Positions 13,609-28,688 of a stretch of DNA of 64,000 nt are shown here, one piece after another (position 1 is the first letter of the stretch; every line of letters starts with the position of its first letter). The position numbers were made by a program, and so were the translations under genes. The notes below the pieces were generated by a model. The model saw only the letters and a program-made list of their open reading frames with translations, ran no database searches and was not told the DNA's origin. The stretch is from the NCBI RefSeq assembly GCF_964204645.1, contig NC_134036.1, forward strand, positions 8,484,030-8,548,029, in the 5' to 3' direction. Origin of the DNA: Tubulanus polymorphus (taxonomy: Eukaryota; Animalia; Nemertea).

Positions 13609-16600
13609 CTGGCTAGGGACTTATCTTCATGGGTCAGCCTATGGTATATGTCTGTTGTTACGTTAAAAGAAAACCGAACCTGGGGGAATTTTTACCAGCA
13701 TTCATAATTTTTAGCCAGTATTAGACATTCCGAAGTAATTGTCAGTCCTATTTTTTGTAGAATCCTTCACCAAGGGTAAAAGGATTAAGGTACTAAGGGC
13801 AGCGCATTCCGGGCGATACCCATATCACCGGGCACATGATACATAACTCACAAGCCTAGGTGACAAGGCGGTTTTTACTGGTCAGGCAAATAAAAAAAAC
13901 AAAAAAAAAAACTCGCCTCCCACTATACACAAATAGGATATATATTCAAATAGATTCTTTCTATTCCCATGGGATATGGAGTTAAATGACCATGCAATAA
14001 CGCGTTTATACTGTTTATTCCTGGTAATATGACAATGGCATCGTGCGCAAAATGAAAACGTCATTGTATGCTTGTGTATTGGTGTGCGGGAAAATGTCCC
14101 CCGGTAAAAAAGAACGATTATTATTCAAATGTATTAGGTATTATCTATCCCGAAAAAGATTCCTGTTTTATTGGCCTAATCGAATATGTATATGAATATC
14201 GGCAAAGTTTTTTTATTTGGATCCAACTCTACCGGATGTCCAGTAAAAACTGTCACTCAGCTCGTGGTTCTAATCAATTAACTCCGAGCGCTAGAGGTTT
14301 CCGGACACGAGTAATTCGTCCGAAAACGGATATTTTCTGCCACATAAACCATTTTCATATACATTACAGAAGCTTCCCGGGGACATGTGATGAGGAAACT
14401 TAGGAAATAGTTCTGGCATAACGTCTCGGAATGAAATCGCGAAACTTTTTAATACAAATTATTTCAGAATCAATACAGTTTTGTTCGATTGAAATTCCAA
14501 CTACCCGCGGTTGTGAGAACATTTCCATCAAATAAAACGTGTTCTGAATTTACTTTGAGATTGATATCTCGGAATCTTACACTTAAAACCGTGATACTAT
14601 CTCGGAATTACTACGGGAATAATTTCATGTCGATGTAAAAATGGTTTATTCCTAGATATTATGTCAAATTAATTCGGGAAAATATCGTTCCTCGACATTA
14701 CCTCGGAATTAAATCTTTAAACCTATTTCAATGTTCAATTTTATTTTCGATATGTTATCTCGGGATTTAATCTGAAACGTTTTTTTCTTCGTAAAATTCG
14801 TTTTCAATCTTGAATTCTATATATACTCAGTTTTTAACTTATAGTCTTCTCTACCTGTAAAGTATTTACTAACCTCACCTCACTAACCTCAGTGGGCTCA
14901 TTCATTTCTAACGTTTTCTGTAGACGGGTTTGGATTGCTCTTGTTTCCGTATCCCCTACTTTTCGTTGTACTGTCAGCAGAAATCGTTTAGGCGCCACTC
15001 ATTTCAAAAATAACCTCGTCCACGGCTAGGGTAACCATACGTTTGATAGCGAAATGCTCCTCGGTCACTCTTTGTAATGCTGAGGTACGAACCGTGCAAG
15101 AAGAAAATTAATCCTTTCACTTTTTCGATATAGCAATTCTCCATGCCTTTTGTACATGCCTTACGTTGTCCAAAAAGGAAACTTAATAAGTAATCTAATA
15201 TAGGATGATCGATATTGCAAAGTTTGTGTATGAAGGCTGTATAAGATCTGCTGCTTTTATGCTATCGGATGGTAGGTTACCTGAAATGGCTGTTTAAATT
15301 TTGTTAACTGAAAAAGTTGTTTCTATTTTTTTCTTTCTGTAGACCGAACCGCGTTTCATGCCTGCAGAACAATTTAACCGCTATCATTCCAGTCATGAGC
15401 CCCTACCAAAAACAAAATTGATCAACGTCTACCCAAAGAGTTGAAAAATGTTTCAGTAGTGAGTAATGTCCGCGCTGTACTAGTATAAACTATGGGACGT
15501 GAAATGAAAAATAAAACAAGTATGAGCGCTGAACCTAGTCACACACACTTTTTTACCGAATAGTTTAACATGACAACGTTATCACATCGCAAGGTGAATT
15601 CGTGACGAAAAGAGGGTTTGCAAAAAAAGTTAAAATATTACCAAATTTAGATTGATAATTCATAAGTAATATTCATAAGTGATGAAAATATCAAATTTAC
15701 ATCATCTTATCGATAGAGATCAAGAAAACATGAAATCAATGATATTACACGGGATTATTTCCATTTTCAAGCTGATTACCTAAAAGTTAATTCCACATGA
15801 AAAGTCTATATCAATACACATAACGTGTCATTTACTTGAATCCATAATTTTATAGCCATCCTGCGTGTTGTATTTGGGTTTCAAAAGTGTATGATTTCCG
15901 ATAAGATTATGGAAAGTTTACGCACTCGCGAAAGGCTGCCGTCAGAGGATGGTTCTTATCGATTCTAACGATCATTTACCACGCAGGCGTTCACGCACTG
16001 TTTTGTTGAAAATTAGTTCATACAAAACCGCACAGTTCGTGGTTTTAGATTGAGTGCGTGATCACACTGAGCGCCCATGTGCGCTGGTAAGATTTCCCAT
16101 CGGTCGAACCGATTTTTATATTCTCAAAAAAGAGGAGTCATTTAAGGAGATACTATCAAATACCTTCAGTTATGACGCTAGCAGTCATAGTTACCGGTAC
16201 GTCATAAACTGAATTGATTTTCTTTTCCATACGAGCGTGGGATTGCTGTCGTAGATGACTTAGATCCTCGTCCAATACTAGCCAATATTAAACATATTGT
16301 CCTCCACCACAATGACCTTACAGTGCATTTGGTTTACTCGTATATAGAAAGAGATATATCTTTTTATCTTGAATTAATCATATATGAATCATGTGCTAGC
16401 AATCCACTATATATATGCAAGATTGCATCATTATCATGCTGATAATTATGATTTAAAAACTGCATCCGTCATATATCCTTTATTACATTTCTGACATCTT
16501 CTAATATCATTTATTACATCTCCGATAAAGTATCTAGGTTCCATTCAAATGCGATATATTCGATTGAACACGCATTATAGAGATCAAATGATTGTTTTAC

Positions 16601-18390
16601 GGTATGAACTGAAAAGGAGAAAACCCTGTAAAATAATCAGTAATCAAATGTTTTCTTAATTGCAGAAAATAAGTTTGAGAACATTTATTATTTCATCACT
16701 TATTGATAAAACAATAAGATTATGAATCTAAATATCTTGATATTCCAACATTTAGAGAAGTAGAATGAAAATTTTAAACAGATAGTAATTATGTAATGAA
16801 ATCTGCTTCTACTCAGTATTATCAATATCTTTAAAAAATGATAAAGTGTCTTAAGTATTCGAAATATAAGTTTGATATTATTCATTAATCTTTCATTAAT
16901 TTTCCATCAAAATATGTAATCTCTGTTTCAAATTTTGTAATATGAACTGTATTTAATTATTCACCTTTAACATACTTATTTATCTATTCAAATCTATATC
17001 AGCGTATAATTACTAAAACCATTAATTCTTATATCACAACAATTGATGTATTAATTGCTCAAGATTTCATACCTCTTAAGGCTAACTAAGTCACTCCTTG
17101 TCTTCGCAGGTCCCTTCGTAAATCAGTAGAATTCGATCGAAAAGTAGAATCCGGCCTTCCTTGATAAAAAAATAAAACTCAATTTGAGCTGATACGAACT
17201 ATATACTTCACGTAAATCGGGAGGAAATTCAGCGAAGTGATACGCGCACTTTTAATCAGTCCAATGAATCCGCGGTAGAAATGAACACTTTTAGTGATAG
17301 TGACCCTGTTGAAGTTTCATAGCCGTTGATGTCAATGGTGATTCAATTGAACACGTTGCTTGTTCTGGTGGAGATAATCAAGTGAAATCATGTTCGAAAT
17401 TGGTTTTCCGTTTTGTGTTTCCTTTTAGTTCGTGGAGTTCGTCTGACGACAATGTAGATGGCGCTGATGATGGTACAATAGGGGCTACATGCTAAATTCG
17501 AGCCACCGCGAATTTGTAGTTTCATGCTGATATACATGGTATTGAAGTTTTAGTTATTCCCGGTTATCTTATGGCCGGCATAGTACATTCATCAGTATGT
17601 GGTTTATGTATCTTTGAGACGCGGGAGCGCACATTGTACTGGTATCAGGCAGCATGACGTCAAATGCTTAGCAAGTAGTCAGTGCGCATACAGAACATTC
17701 GCGCGCCTGTTATTCAGTTTTTAGAACAATATATTTATTCAAGCTCAGTGTTTATCGAAAAGATAACATTTATGAGTGGTATATGGGTAAGTTATCTATC
17801 TATTGAAGGAGATCATTATTAGAATTTTGATGAAGAGGCTACACTTGACGTTTAAGAACTTTGTTATCGCGCGTAAGGGCCCTGGAAGAAGGTTAGTGTC
17901 TGGTCCGCCTTTTGACAAAGAGGTCGAACCATTTTTCCTGGTATTCGCATAGACGGTGTATAAACAATCCGTGACTGTTCGCCGGTTTTTTTTATTTTTC
18001 TTTGTTTTTTTTTTGGATAGTATAGCAATATGTCACTTGAAGACATTTATATGCAGTCAGTAGGCCATAGCACTATCTTGATCTGCCATTTCATATCCGG
18101 AAAAGGCCATATCTTTTAAATTAAATCTCATATAGATTTGTTGTTAATGAAAATACAATCCTACCTATCTGAGAGTAGGTATTGTTGTTGTTATATTTTC
18201 GCATTTAGAATTTGGTTAGGTTGCGTGGTGTCACTTGAATTTTGGTAGGACCTGGCAATTCGGGATCGAATTCAGTTTAGAATTTGCTATTGAATTTCAT
18301 GATAATTCACAATACATCATTCACATACTTTTCTACACACGACGCGCGTTGGCCAATAACTTCCTAGCAAATGCGCTATATCACAATCTT

Positions 18391-18835
18391 TGAATGAATG
18401 AATAAATGAACACTTTATTTTTCAAATATAATTTACAGCATAGTGTACAAAAGCATAATACAAAATCCAGTAAATTAGACTCGGAGGGGCCTGTAGAAAC
18501 TAAGGAATAGTTAATATGAAACAGATCCCTAAAAAGTGAAAAATGAAGAAGAAAAAAGAGAAATGCAATAAAGAAAAAAATACGCCCACAGTCAACCCTT
18601 AACACACAAAATGCACACATAATGATAACAGCTTGATCAAGATGCTGTAGTCATTTAATAAGCCAGTTGTTTTGTGTAATATTTCAATAACTATAATTTT
18701 AGTTTGAATTAGAGGGTAACTTTAAAATGTAATCGAGCACTAGTTGCTTTCTATAATTTCTCAAGAACATTTAAGAATATTCCAGGTTTTTTAGATTTTC
18801 ACTGATGTAATTCCAAAGTAAAGGGCCGGATACTT
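18391..18835 (-). mobile_element. 3' fragment of a CR1/L2-group LINE
   Basis: Minus strand encodes VSGPLLWNYISENLKNL (the GPxLWN C-terminal motif), then aataaa and a (CATT)n-like tail at ~18390-18420. Confidence 0.55.
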
Positions 18836-19766
18836 TTACTTAATTTCAGTTTTTCGATTTCTTACTTAATTTCATATTCTCATTTATCACATTCTTTGAA
18901 ATATTATCATTTGATTTATTTTTTTAGGTACGTCAAAATCGTTCAAATATTCAACGAGAAAACGAAGTTCTATTTTCATACATTTCACTACTATTACTAC
19001 ATTGAAAAGATATTGTTTAATCGTGTAATTTAAAAAAATGGCGTGATTTTTTTCGAATCTACCGCAAATACAAAAACTTTTTCGTCAGGATTATATTTTT
19101 CATTTGAATAAGTAAGGTAACTTATTGCTTTATTTAAGTTATTATCTTCAATCTTCAATTTTTACCTGTTTCTCAACGCGTAGAAATTGTAGCTTACAAT
19201 GATTTTTTTCTTTATAACTAGCAAACTATAATTACAAATATCGATTTATTTTAAATGATAATTTACATACATTATGTACCGTTACTAGAAAATGAAAAGG
19301 AACGAAATGTTTTATCAGAAATATCTTTAATCAAAGCATACTTATTAAAATGCAAGATTTCCCTTGATCCATTTAAGCTAATACTTTTAATTATAATTCT
19401 GTTCCTTTACATCAAATTATTATCAAATAATTAATTACAATTACGTCCATGGGTACGCTAAATGTACGTTTGCATGTTAATGCTTGAAGCCGAAAGTAAA
19501 AAAAATAAATTCATATTTTAAGTTTTCGTACGCGGAAAGCAAAACAATATTGTGGTTGTGAAACCACGAAGTGAATTCTCGAATACAATTCAATTCTTCC
19601 ATTTGTGAAATCCAACAAATGAAACAGGGAATATCGTTCATTTGTACGTTTGATGTTTCGACCCCGCTTCAAATCCAGCCCTTTCATCAGTTCAAACGCA
19701 CTAAAAATCAAAATTCTGGATATTTTTAAAATTACAAAACAAGTCTTTAGGATTATTTGTACTCAC

Positions 19767-20090
19767 CCGGAGACGGCTCTACTTCGTCCAGATTATCCTC
19801 TCGAATGATTCAGAGTTTCGTACCCGCCGCAGTCATATTTTGCTCCTACTCCTCAAGTCGAGCTGGAGCCTCAAGCAATGTTTATATCGCGAAATGAATT
19901 CTATCCGTCTCGTTTGAGACAGACCGGGAAATGAATGGACCAATGGATTTCTGTAGGAATTCTGAGTCGAATATAGAGATTGCGTTTTGAGAATCTGGAA
20001 TCGAAATATTTTCGGTTTTACGCCGAATACAGCCGAGATATTCGTAGAACAGTTGCGTAATAAATTCACCACTGCAATGACAATGACAGA
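19767..20090 (-). other. Probable first (non-coding) exon of gene A with short uORF MTAAGTKL* (19836-19810); 5' limit approximate
   Basis: Strong donor CGG|gtgagt at 19766; CpG-rich; E-box gtcacgtg nearby at ~20286. Confidence 0.45.
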
Positions 20091-23000
20091 TTTGCGAAGT
20101 GGAGGCCTACTATGCTTATTTGTGCGATACCTAGTGCGATAAGGAAGCGTTTATCAGATGTTATGAATAAATAGGCATTACTAATATCTAACGACGTAGA
20201 TAATGTATGGTATTTCTAGGCGGGCTCCATAGCAATCTGTACAGTAAAATAAGCGTATCATCATCACACACCTTCTCCTGCGCGGTCACGTGTTGACTGA
20301 GCACTGCGTACGTAGCCTAGGTTACGTCTCTCATTCGCTGTGTACGTTGATTGAGTTGTGGGCTTGCAAGAAATTTTAATCAGTCGGGTCTTGCCTTAAA
20401 CATATCATTTGTTCTATCGGGCTGACGGCAGATATGACGTATGTATATCGATATATCAGCAAAAACCATCGACCCAGACATGCTTCCTTTATATGATAAG
20501 TACGCATAGGAGACGTCGCAATTTCACGGCTTAGACATCAAGCCCAGGCTGGAATATTGCAAACATCATTCACAATGAAATACCACAAAAGTCATTAGAA
20601 ACGACTACTACAGACGTGTTTCAAAATCATGGTCATATTTCTAACAGTATCTAGTTCCAACTGAAACCATTATCGAAATTCTACAAAAAAAAACTACGTT
20701 TGCCAACCCAAAAATTAGGCTCAACGAGAAAAGCGATTTCACAGAATACATACATCATGTTATATCAATCTACGATATCTATTCGATAGTCATGGCAACT
20801 ACAAAGCATTTAACGAAACTCCATTAACAAATAGATTAAAACACACATCTATATACAATGCTATACCACAACGTAGGAAACTAATTCTATCTGACCAAAA
20901 TTAAGACCCTGATGAATTACCAAAAATCTATATACAATTTGGTAATATAGATTGTACTATAGGAAAACTTTTATCATCTCAAATTTATAGAATTCTATTA
21001 ACGAATGACCATGTAGTATACTCATGCACAGCACTTAAAGTATACGACCAATCTTTCAACGCATAAACACACCTAAAAATCATTCAGGACATCGTCTACA
21101 CGCGAATTACCAAAACAATAGAAAGATACTTCATCAAACGCACACTCGCAAACTGTCTTTTACTTCTCGCACAATCCATTTCGTACAAAAATCATTACAA
21201 TCTAGAATGAGGCTCCGGACGCATCAACACTATAATTTATTTCAAAAACTCACTAATAGATCGCCTAAACCAAGAAATCATGCTTCAACAAAACCTTCGT
21301 ATTTGAAGTCTTAACAATAATATACTTATACACCTGGACACAAGAGGACTGAACGTAGTAAACAGAATCACAATCGACACCATTAGCGTAGTCTATTAAT
21401 TAAACCCAACGCCATTTTTTATTACTTACACCTAGATATCCCGACTTTGACACTTGAGGTATGTTCTGATTTAGATCGAACAGGGATGACGGTCTATCAA
21501 TACGCATAGAACTGCCTGACCACTTTTGCTCTACATCATCACATACGCACTAGTTTACTGTTTTTGATGTGTTGACCGTAAACTCAGTCTCATTGCCGCG
21601 ATAGCTGGAATGCTGCCTCCGTTTCTTGGCCTCAGGGTAGCAAATAGAACCCGATCAAGACTGTATTTATCTAAACGTACAAACATGTATTCAATATTCA
21701 CGTGTCTGTGCCGCTTTCTTAAAATCTGACGGTCTATCAAAATGCGCATAGCACTGTCCGTTTAATTGCGATACATTCACGGACCTAACATGCACTGTAT
21801 ATTAGAAACACAAAACTGCTCCCAATATGAAACTTTTACTTTTAGGCAAATTCAGACCAGATGTGATGTACCGATTGCGCACCCCTTGACGAAGAAACCC
21901 ATCCTAATCGGAGCTGCACCGTCGATGTCGTACAACTACACTTCGGATACCTCAGGGCCATTCTCTCATCTGGAAAATTTCCGTTTCGAAATGCGCTCCC
22001 TTCCTACGTATCTAGTCAACACGCGGGATCATCAACTTAGAGGACTTCTACATCAACACCTACCCGGAAAAATTAACTACGATACACTCTCGGACTATTA
22101 ACACGTAGAAACCGACCAAAAATATAGAAATGGACGAAATGATCTTCAACCTTGTAATATTGCTATTTCCATAATCTCGATGTCTTAAATTAGGCAGCCA
22201 AGAAAATTCACCCCAATCAGTTGCTTGCCAGTTCAGACTGAATGGAAGATTGTTTGAATGAACCGGAACCGAATTTCCAATTATGTACCTCGATTTAAAA
22301 AGAAAAAATTATGTTTTACTCGACCGCCGATCACACAACTATATTTGTACTTCGATTTCCGATTTCAAAATCAAACCCCCTGTTTCGCTCCCGGCAGGTG
22401 TGGTGGGTCTGTAAGGGATACTCAATCGAAATATCAAACGAAATTTACCAGCCAAATAAATAACAGGGAAAATCCCTATTTTAATATAAAAAAAAGACAT
22501 CACCTCATCATTGTTGAAATCGATTGATATATGTTAGCATTCATGCTGGATGTGTTGGCGCTCGTCCTGTTCACACATAGCTATTTCGGAAACTGCCTCC
22601 AGGATTATTAGTCTCATGCACCCACAAATGATACCATCAGAAGACAACGAAAGTGTTGTCGAGGGGAATTGATGCATTTCAGAAATTCTACAATTCTTTT
22701 TTGCCGAAATATACAAGGGATCCAGCATCGGACTCGTACCGGTAGGTTTTCCAAAACATATCAACATCAAAAATATACGCGTAAAATCAGCTAATTTATC
22801 AATAGAATATTTCTATCAAATATAGCATAAACCAAGGGTCCCAATTAATGAGGGAGGGTCCAATTCAAACCTATTACCAGTAATTGTTAGTTAATGTCGC
22901 TCGTATTTTGTAAGAAGAAGATCACCCGCAAACAATACTAGGAAAAGAGACTATCCGAGAGTTGCTGCCTATTCATAAAGTTTATATAATAGATCTTTTC

Positions 23001-23100
23001 TTGGAAAATACCAATTATCTGGCAAACTAAAAATCAATCATCGATCAAAAATGCCTCCAACAGTCCTCACTGTAATCACGACTTGCTAACAAGTCCAATT

Positions 23101-23244
23101 CTGGGGCCCGCTGCACAGTCGAGACTTAAGTCCAAAAGTAGTCTTAGATCTTAAGACTGGTCTTAAGTCATTAGATTGGCCATCGAACTGAGTTAGTCTT
23201 AGACTGGTCTTAAGTCTAAGCCACGACTATGCAACCGGCCCCTG
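23101..23244. mobile_element. Short PIF/Harbinger-like MITE, copy 2
   Basis: ctg-gggcccgctgca ... tgcaaccggccc-ctg; CTG duplicated at both ends. Confidence 0.7.
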
Positions 23245-23849
23245 GTCTTAAGTCATTTCAAACACAATTCTTTGGAGTAAATGGATCAAACTGGTGTATC
23301 TAAAACTTCTACAGCCGACAGATTACTCCCATTTCGCGTTTCCATTTCACCCTCATTCTACCTAATTTCATAAAATTTTGATCTTTTTTCAGGGTGCTTG
23401 GATCCCTACGGGACACAGCCTCCATTGGCTTTCCAAGCATCCAGCCGCGTATGTATTTGAATTGTTTATAATCTATACATCATTTATACTGCATATGTAC
23501 ATGGCGCAATAAATATTATCGTCATTATTATAAACATTTTCAATCGAGTTTTTAATCGAATTGGAAATGAATGCATCTACATATTTTATTTATTAATTTT
23601 GAATAAAAGAAGCCAATTGAAATTACAATTTTATTCAAGTTGTATTACCACAATTTATGTGTATACTAAACAACAGAATTGACTAATCGAAACTGTGATG
23701 ATCTCGTATTATCAGCTGTTACCAGGTGAACTAGAAACGCATAGAAGTGCAAAAGATTGCTCGACGACCTATCAGAAATTGCCGGTCAATGATATTATTG
23801 AAGATGCTTCTGCGTGAATTGAGCGAATTCTGAAATTCGTTTCCAGTTG

Positions 23850-24009
23850 AAAGTGACGATTAGTTCCCAGTGAATGGAGTTTCATGCGTCAGCTTTCGAA
23901 GTTGTCACTGGTAGGCAGCTTTGGAGGTAGTCACTGGTAGGCGCCCAAATTTGTTGCTTCGAGATTTATTTCATCTTCAGTATATCGATTTGTTAAGATC
24001 GGGTTCAAG
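23850..24009 (+). other. Candidate non-coding first exon of gene B (5' limit approximate)
   Basis: Strong donor AAG|gtaagc at 24010. The ATG exon at 28201 is preceded directly by an acceptor, so an upstream exon is implied. Confidence 0.35.
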
Positions 24010-25079
24010 GTAAGCTCTATCGGTCTATGATTGAAGTTACATGGTCACATTTCGCTTGATGTTAATAATATTGATAATAATATGATGAAAAAGTGTTATT
24101 TAACTTCAACGATTAATTGTTTTGTGGCGCAAGGAGCTTATTATACAGTTCATAGGCGCAGATAGTCGCAGAACAAGGTGCTTTTGAGATTTCTTTTAGG
24201 CCACACCAAAAAAATCATGTTTTTCAACTCCATGAAGGTAGAATTTTTGCTATTTATAGAAAAATGGGCAGGAAACCGTAAATTTTTTTCCCAGGACCAA
24301 ATTTCCATTGAAAATATGATTACCAGCTGAAGACCACATGAATGGTTGAGGTTTTTTTTGTTTTTAAGACATAAGATACTACATTCTGAACATATTTCAC
24401 ACTTGGAAACTGTTTATGAAAATAAAATCATCAAACTCTTGAATAGGCTTTTAATAAATTTCGCACGGAATTCCTGGAATTTTTCAATCCAAGGTCTCAT
24501 TAGCAACGCGGTCTGAGCACAGCTGTACCATTTTCAGTGTCAAATTGTTAAATCCGATGTAATAAAACAGCTGGTAGCACTGTTATCATTGCTATTATTG
24601 CCGCATCGACTATCCGCAAACTGTGCTAGATATTTCACTAACCCAGTTCAAAACTTTAATAAAAAAACAAATCGTTTTAACCATTCATCCGGAGAAGCGC
24701 CATTCGAAATTTTACATAGAAAACTGCGCTATGCAAATGAATATAATCCTTTTCATTATTTAATGTTACTCCAATTCAACCCTTATTTCATAGAATAGCA
24801 CAAATAATATTAGGGGCGCGGAAAATAGTGTTTTTCACGTGGACCTTGAAGAGCTTTATAGGCCGCAAACTTGGAAACACGATGCAAGTCGTAGGTCAAA
24901 CGAAGATAGGTGAATGAAAATTGCATAGCCGTTGTGGATGATTTAGATTGGGGTAGGGAATATTAATGAATGCTACAATGAAGAGATACTCTGGTAATAA
25001 TATTGGCCGTTGGCAGCAATTAAGACAGGTTAAGTTGTTGCAAATGGTGTTACGATTAAGAGAAGTGACAGTGAACTAC

Positions 25080-25140
25080 TCCCACTCATCGGGGGTCGAA
25101 CCCGGGTCTCGTACATAGAAAGCGAGCGTGTATAATAACG
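25080..25140 (-). mobile_element. tRNA-derived SINE-like head fragment; similar fragment at ~33745-33810
   Basis: Minus strand gctttctatgtacgagacccgggttcgacccccgatgagtg versus gctttctacgttcaagacacttggttcgatccccggtgagtg; both contain the B-box GGTTCGANCC. Confidence 0.45.
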
Positions 25141-28100
25141 CTTTAAAATTCATAACGACGCTTTAGGACTTAGACGGGGAATCCAGGAAGAAAGCTACTA
25201 AATATTTTGATGGATATATGAAAGCTGTGGGTACTGGAGTGTGTAATGGGTAGTGTAGTGTGATCTGCGTGCATTTTGGTGGCCAGCACACAGATCACAT
25301 TGTTCATTGGGGTTTAGTCCAGGACTCGCGAGATTTTCAACAACACGGAAGTAATGTGTAATAAATGATGACTTGAATTGCATGACTACCTACCACCCCT
25401 CATTATTGTTGGAAAACTAAACGTGATCCGCACTGACTAAAAATTAGTAATAATAATCAATAACATTTTAGAAATGGCCAGAATTTTAACTTAGGTTCTA
25501 TCTCACTTTTATTTTACAATTGCGATTGGTATAATTTTTTTTTTAAACGGCCGTTAAGGCTTCATGTTTCGTCTGCAATTCACTGCAAATAGTTACGCAA
25601 CTACGCACATTTCAGTGTTTTTGGCAGCTGTACACTCAATCGGCACCGTTCGTGACTAGATTCACTGCGGAATTATCATTAATTAACATCGCCATATCAC
25701 ATCATCAACTTATATTGTGCCTTAAAACCCTAACAGCCGAAATAATTGAAATACACACACGATTTCTATCATTGAAAATTGAGAGAATGGCCGTGTTTGT
25801 GTTCTGCTGCTTCGCGTAAATCCCGCGGGGTGGCGCCACCGCGCGGAGTGGGGCCGATACGTCTAGTCGGATGGTAGTCGCACAGCCTGGGACCCTGGTT
25901 TTGTCCTCCTTTTACCTGCAACGTCCTGTAATGTCCAAGAAGACCAAAAACACGATGATATATAATAGTCGTTCTTTATTATTGAGAGTCCGAAACCAGA
26001 ATGATTATTATAGTCTTATTATGTCGATTACTAATATTATTTATAAGATAATTAGGCCTACATGATATAGGTTTCAATACAAAAAGTAATCTGCCTAAAA
26101 GATATACACTGTACTACTAGTTTAGTACAAATATTGCTTAAGTTACTCAAGTTACACGGTTTGCTTACCTGTAATGTCCAAGAAGACCAAAAACACGATG
26201 ATATATATATATAATAGTCGTTCTTTATCATCAAGAGTCCAAAATCAGAATGTTCCAGAACGGTCTATGCTGGACCTTCTTGGTTTTGGCTCCGCCTTCT
26301 TGGACCAGGCAACCGATTGGTGGGTAGAAACCAAGCTACAGTGGTGTTTACACAGGTGAAAGTTTGCCTAATAGTTGGTCCACTAATGGACTGATTTTTG
26401 GTTGAAGTAGTTTCCTTAAACTCTAATAAAAACACACTCGAGTCAGATGTCACTTTATATCGGAGTTGTATTGTAAACAAAGACGTGTCAGCTCTGCTTG
26501 AGTATGACTGATTTGATTTACTAAATAATTGATATTCAAAAAGTCAGATAATATGAAATTGAATATGATGTATGAATGGGTTATTTCATACTGATAAAAA
26601 TGATGCCCAATATGTGATATAAATCTTCCATAAAAAAGGAGAAATCGTAAATAATAATTTAGTGTTGTTACATGGTCACAAGGGGCGAATATCGTTGAGC
26701 ATTTGAAACCACTTTCATAGTGGGCATGGTGTCCCTGGACCCCTAGTGTACTAATGCCTGCTTGGCCGGTGTTACTCGAAATTATACTGAAAGCAACTGT
26801 CGATACAAGGTTATCGATATAACCTATGAATATATATGGTGATCTCGATAACATTGAACTTTCATTGTTGGCTTCGTCATAACGGTGATCTGTCTCGTAG
26901 AAATTAGTTAGTCTGATGGGTATGGAAACTAAAGCGATATATGTCCCGTATATCTCAGTCTTACCTCGGAGATGTGTCTCGTAAACATTGAGTCTGATAT
27001 TCGGAATAGATAGATATCATTAAATATGTCGTCAATATAAGTCTAATATATCGGGGATACAGGGAGAAACACACTAACTAGCTAATAGGATGGTTATATC
27101 AAAGCTGTGGGTAGTTGAGTGTTGAAGTGGGTAGTGTAGTGTGATCACAGATCACAACGATCATACTTAGGGCAGTAATATACGTCCAGGGAGAGGCAAC
27201 ATGTCAAATAAGTAGAAAAGTGTCAATATTTCAAATTTTTTATAAAAATTGATTTCACACACCCCTCCAGCCGACACACAGCAGGCAACAGGACCCACTG
27301 TCCTGCAAGGCACACAGCCTCTTGTCCACACACAGTGGCCTCAAAATTTTGTCCAAGCACATAGGATCCGACCACCGAGGTGGGCAATTAAAATATACGT
27401 AATATTATAAATTTAGTCCAATCATTGATACCGCGTTAATTCTTGAATTGTTGATAATTGAAGTGTTAATTAGTAATGCTTTTCTAGTCAAATGTCTCTC
27501 ATAACATTCGAAAGAATAGTGATAGATCCTCGGAAGAAAGTTACAATCATCGAAAATCCATAGAAGATTTGAAAAAATGATTTTTATGGGTTTTTTTGTT
27601 TTCGAAAATACAGTATTTGTGATCATATTTTATTGTGTTCGTAAGTTTCGACAAGAGATTTTTTGCACAATCATTTATGCGATGTGATCATAATTTGATG
27701 CGTGAATTTCAGGGTTGGCTCACCCCACATTTGACTAAGGCTATCCGGTCTTAGCCGGTGTTATTCGAAATTATGCTCAACGCAACTGTCGATACACGGT
27801 GTCGATTATCTTAATTAAAACGTTCATCGTCGGCTTAAATTAAAACGGTGCTCTGATGCGTTATTTTTGTCTGATGTTGGGGATGTAGAAACTTATGTGG
27901 TTTGTCTCCTAGATATCAGTCTGACTTAGCGGATCTAGAAACTTCAGAGATTTGTCTCGTAAACATTAAGTCCGATATTCGGAATGAATAGATATCGGAA
28001 AATATGGCGTAAATATAAGCGGTATATATTTCGGGGATCTAGAAACCAATAATATCTATCTCATGACTATTAGTTCGATATCTAGAAATCTAGAAACTGC

Positions 28101-28200
28101 AACGATCTGTTAGGGATGGATCTATAACTGTTGACCTGTCTCGATACAATGTTTAATTTAACACCTCACAAATGTACGTATAATGCATATCTAATTCTAG

Positions 28201-28255
28201 ATGACTAAGATGAGAGATTCGTTCGTTTTGTTGCTGGTTTATTTCCTGAGTGCCG
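28201..28255 (+). CDS. Gene B signal-peptide exon MTKMRDSFVLLLVYFLSA(G)
   Basis: ttctag|ATG ... GCCG|gtaaga; hydrophobic core; phase 1. Confidence 0.75.
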
Positions 28256-28412
28256 GTAAGAATGATTCACCTAACGTTTAACAGATATTTTGATAATATT
28301 TGGTGTTTTGATAAAAATCGATGTTTTCGATGAATTTCATTAATCATCCTTAAAATATCCCTGAGACGTTGCAGTCCGTAGAGTATATAAAAAAATGTTT
28401 CATTTTATTTAG

Positions 28413-28688
28413 GATGTAGTATCCCGGGAATTGGCGATGATTACAGAGGAACTTTGAATCGAACGCCGTCCGGTAAAACGTGTCAGGCCTGGAATTCACA
28501 ATCACCCCACAATCATCAGTTTTACAATATGCTGGCGGACAAGGAAACCGCATCGAACTATTGCAGGAACCCTAGCAAATCACCGCTCGGAGCCTGGTGC
28601 TATACCACTGATCCGGCGACACGTTTTGAATATTGCTTCGTTTGTAATTGGGTAACAGGTAACAATCCCACAAAGTCAAATTCCCCCG
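28413..28688 (+). CDS. Gene B kringle domain 1 (alternative phase-1 donors after 28658 or 28688)
   Basis: CSIPGIGDDYRGTLNRTPSGKTCQAWNSQSPH...NYCRNP...AWCYTTDPATRFEYC, canonical kringle motifs; tttag| acceptor. Confidence 0.93.

Noticed and set aside
20908-20955. CTGATGA followed by a stem (possible hammerhead)
   Set aside because: No GAAA after the stem, so the core is incomplete.
25080-25140. Functional tRNA gene
   Set aside because: Only the anticodon/T-arm portion is recognisable; no full cloverleaf.
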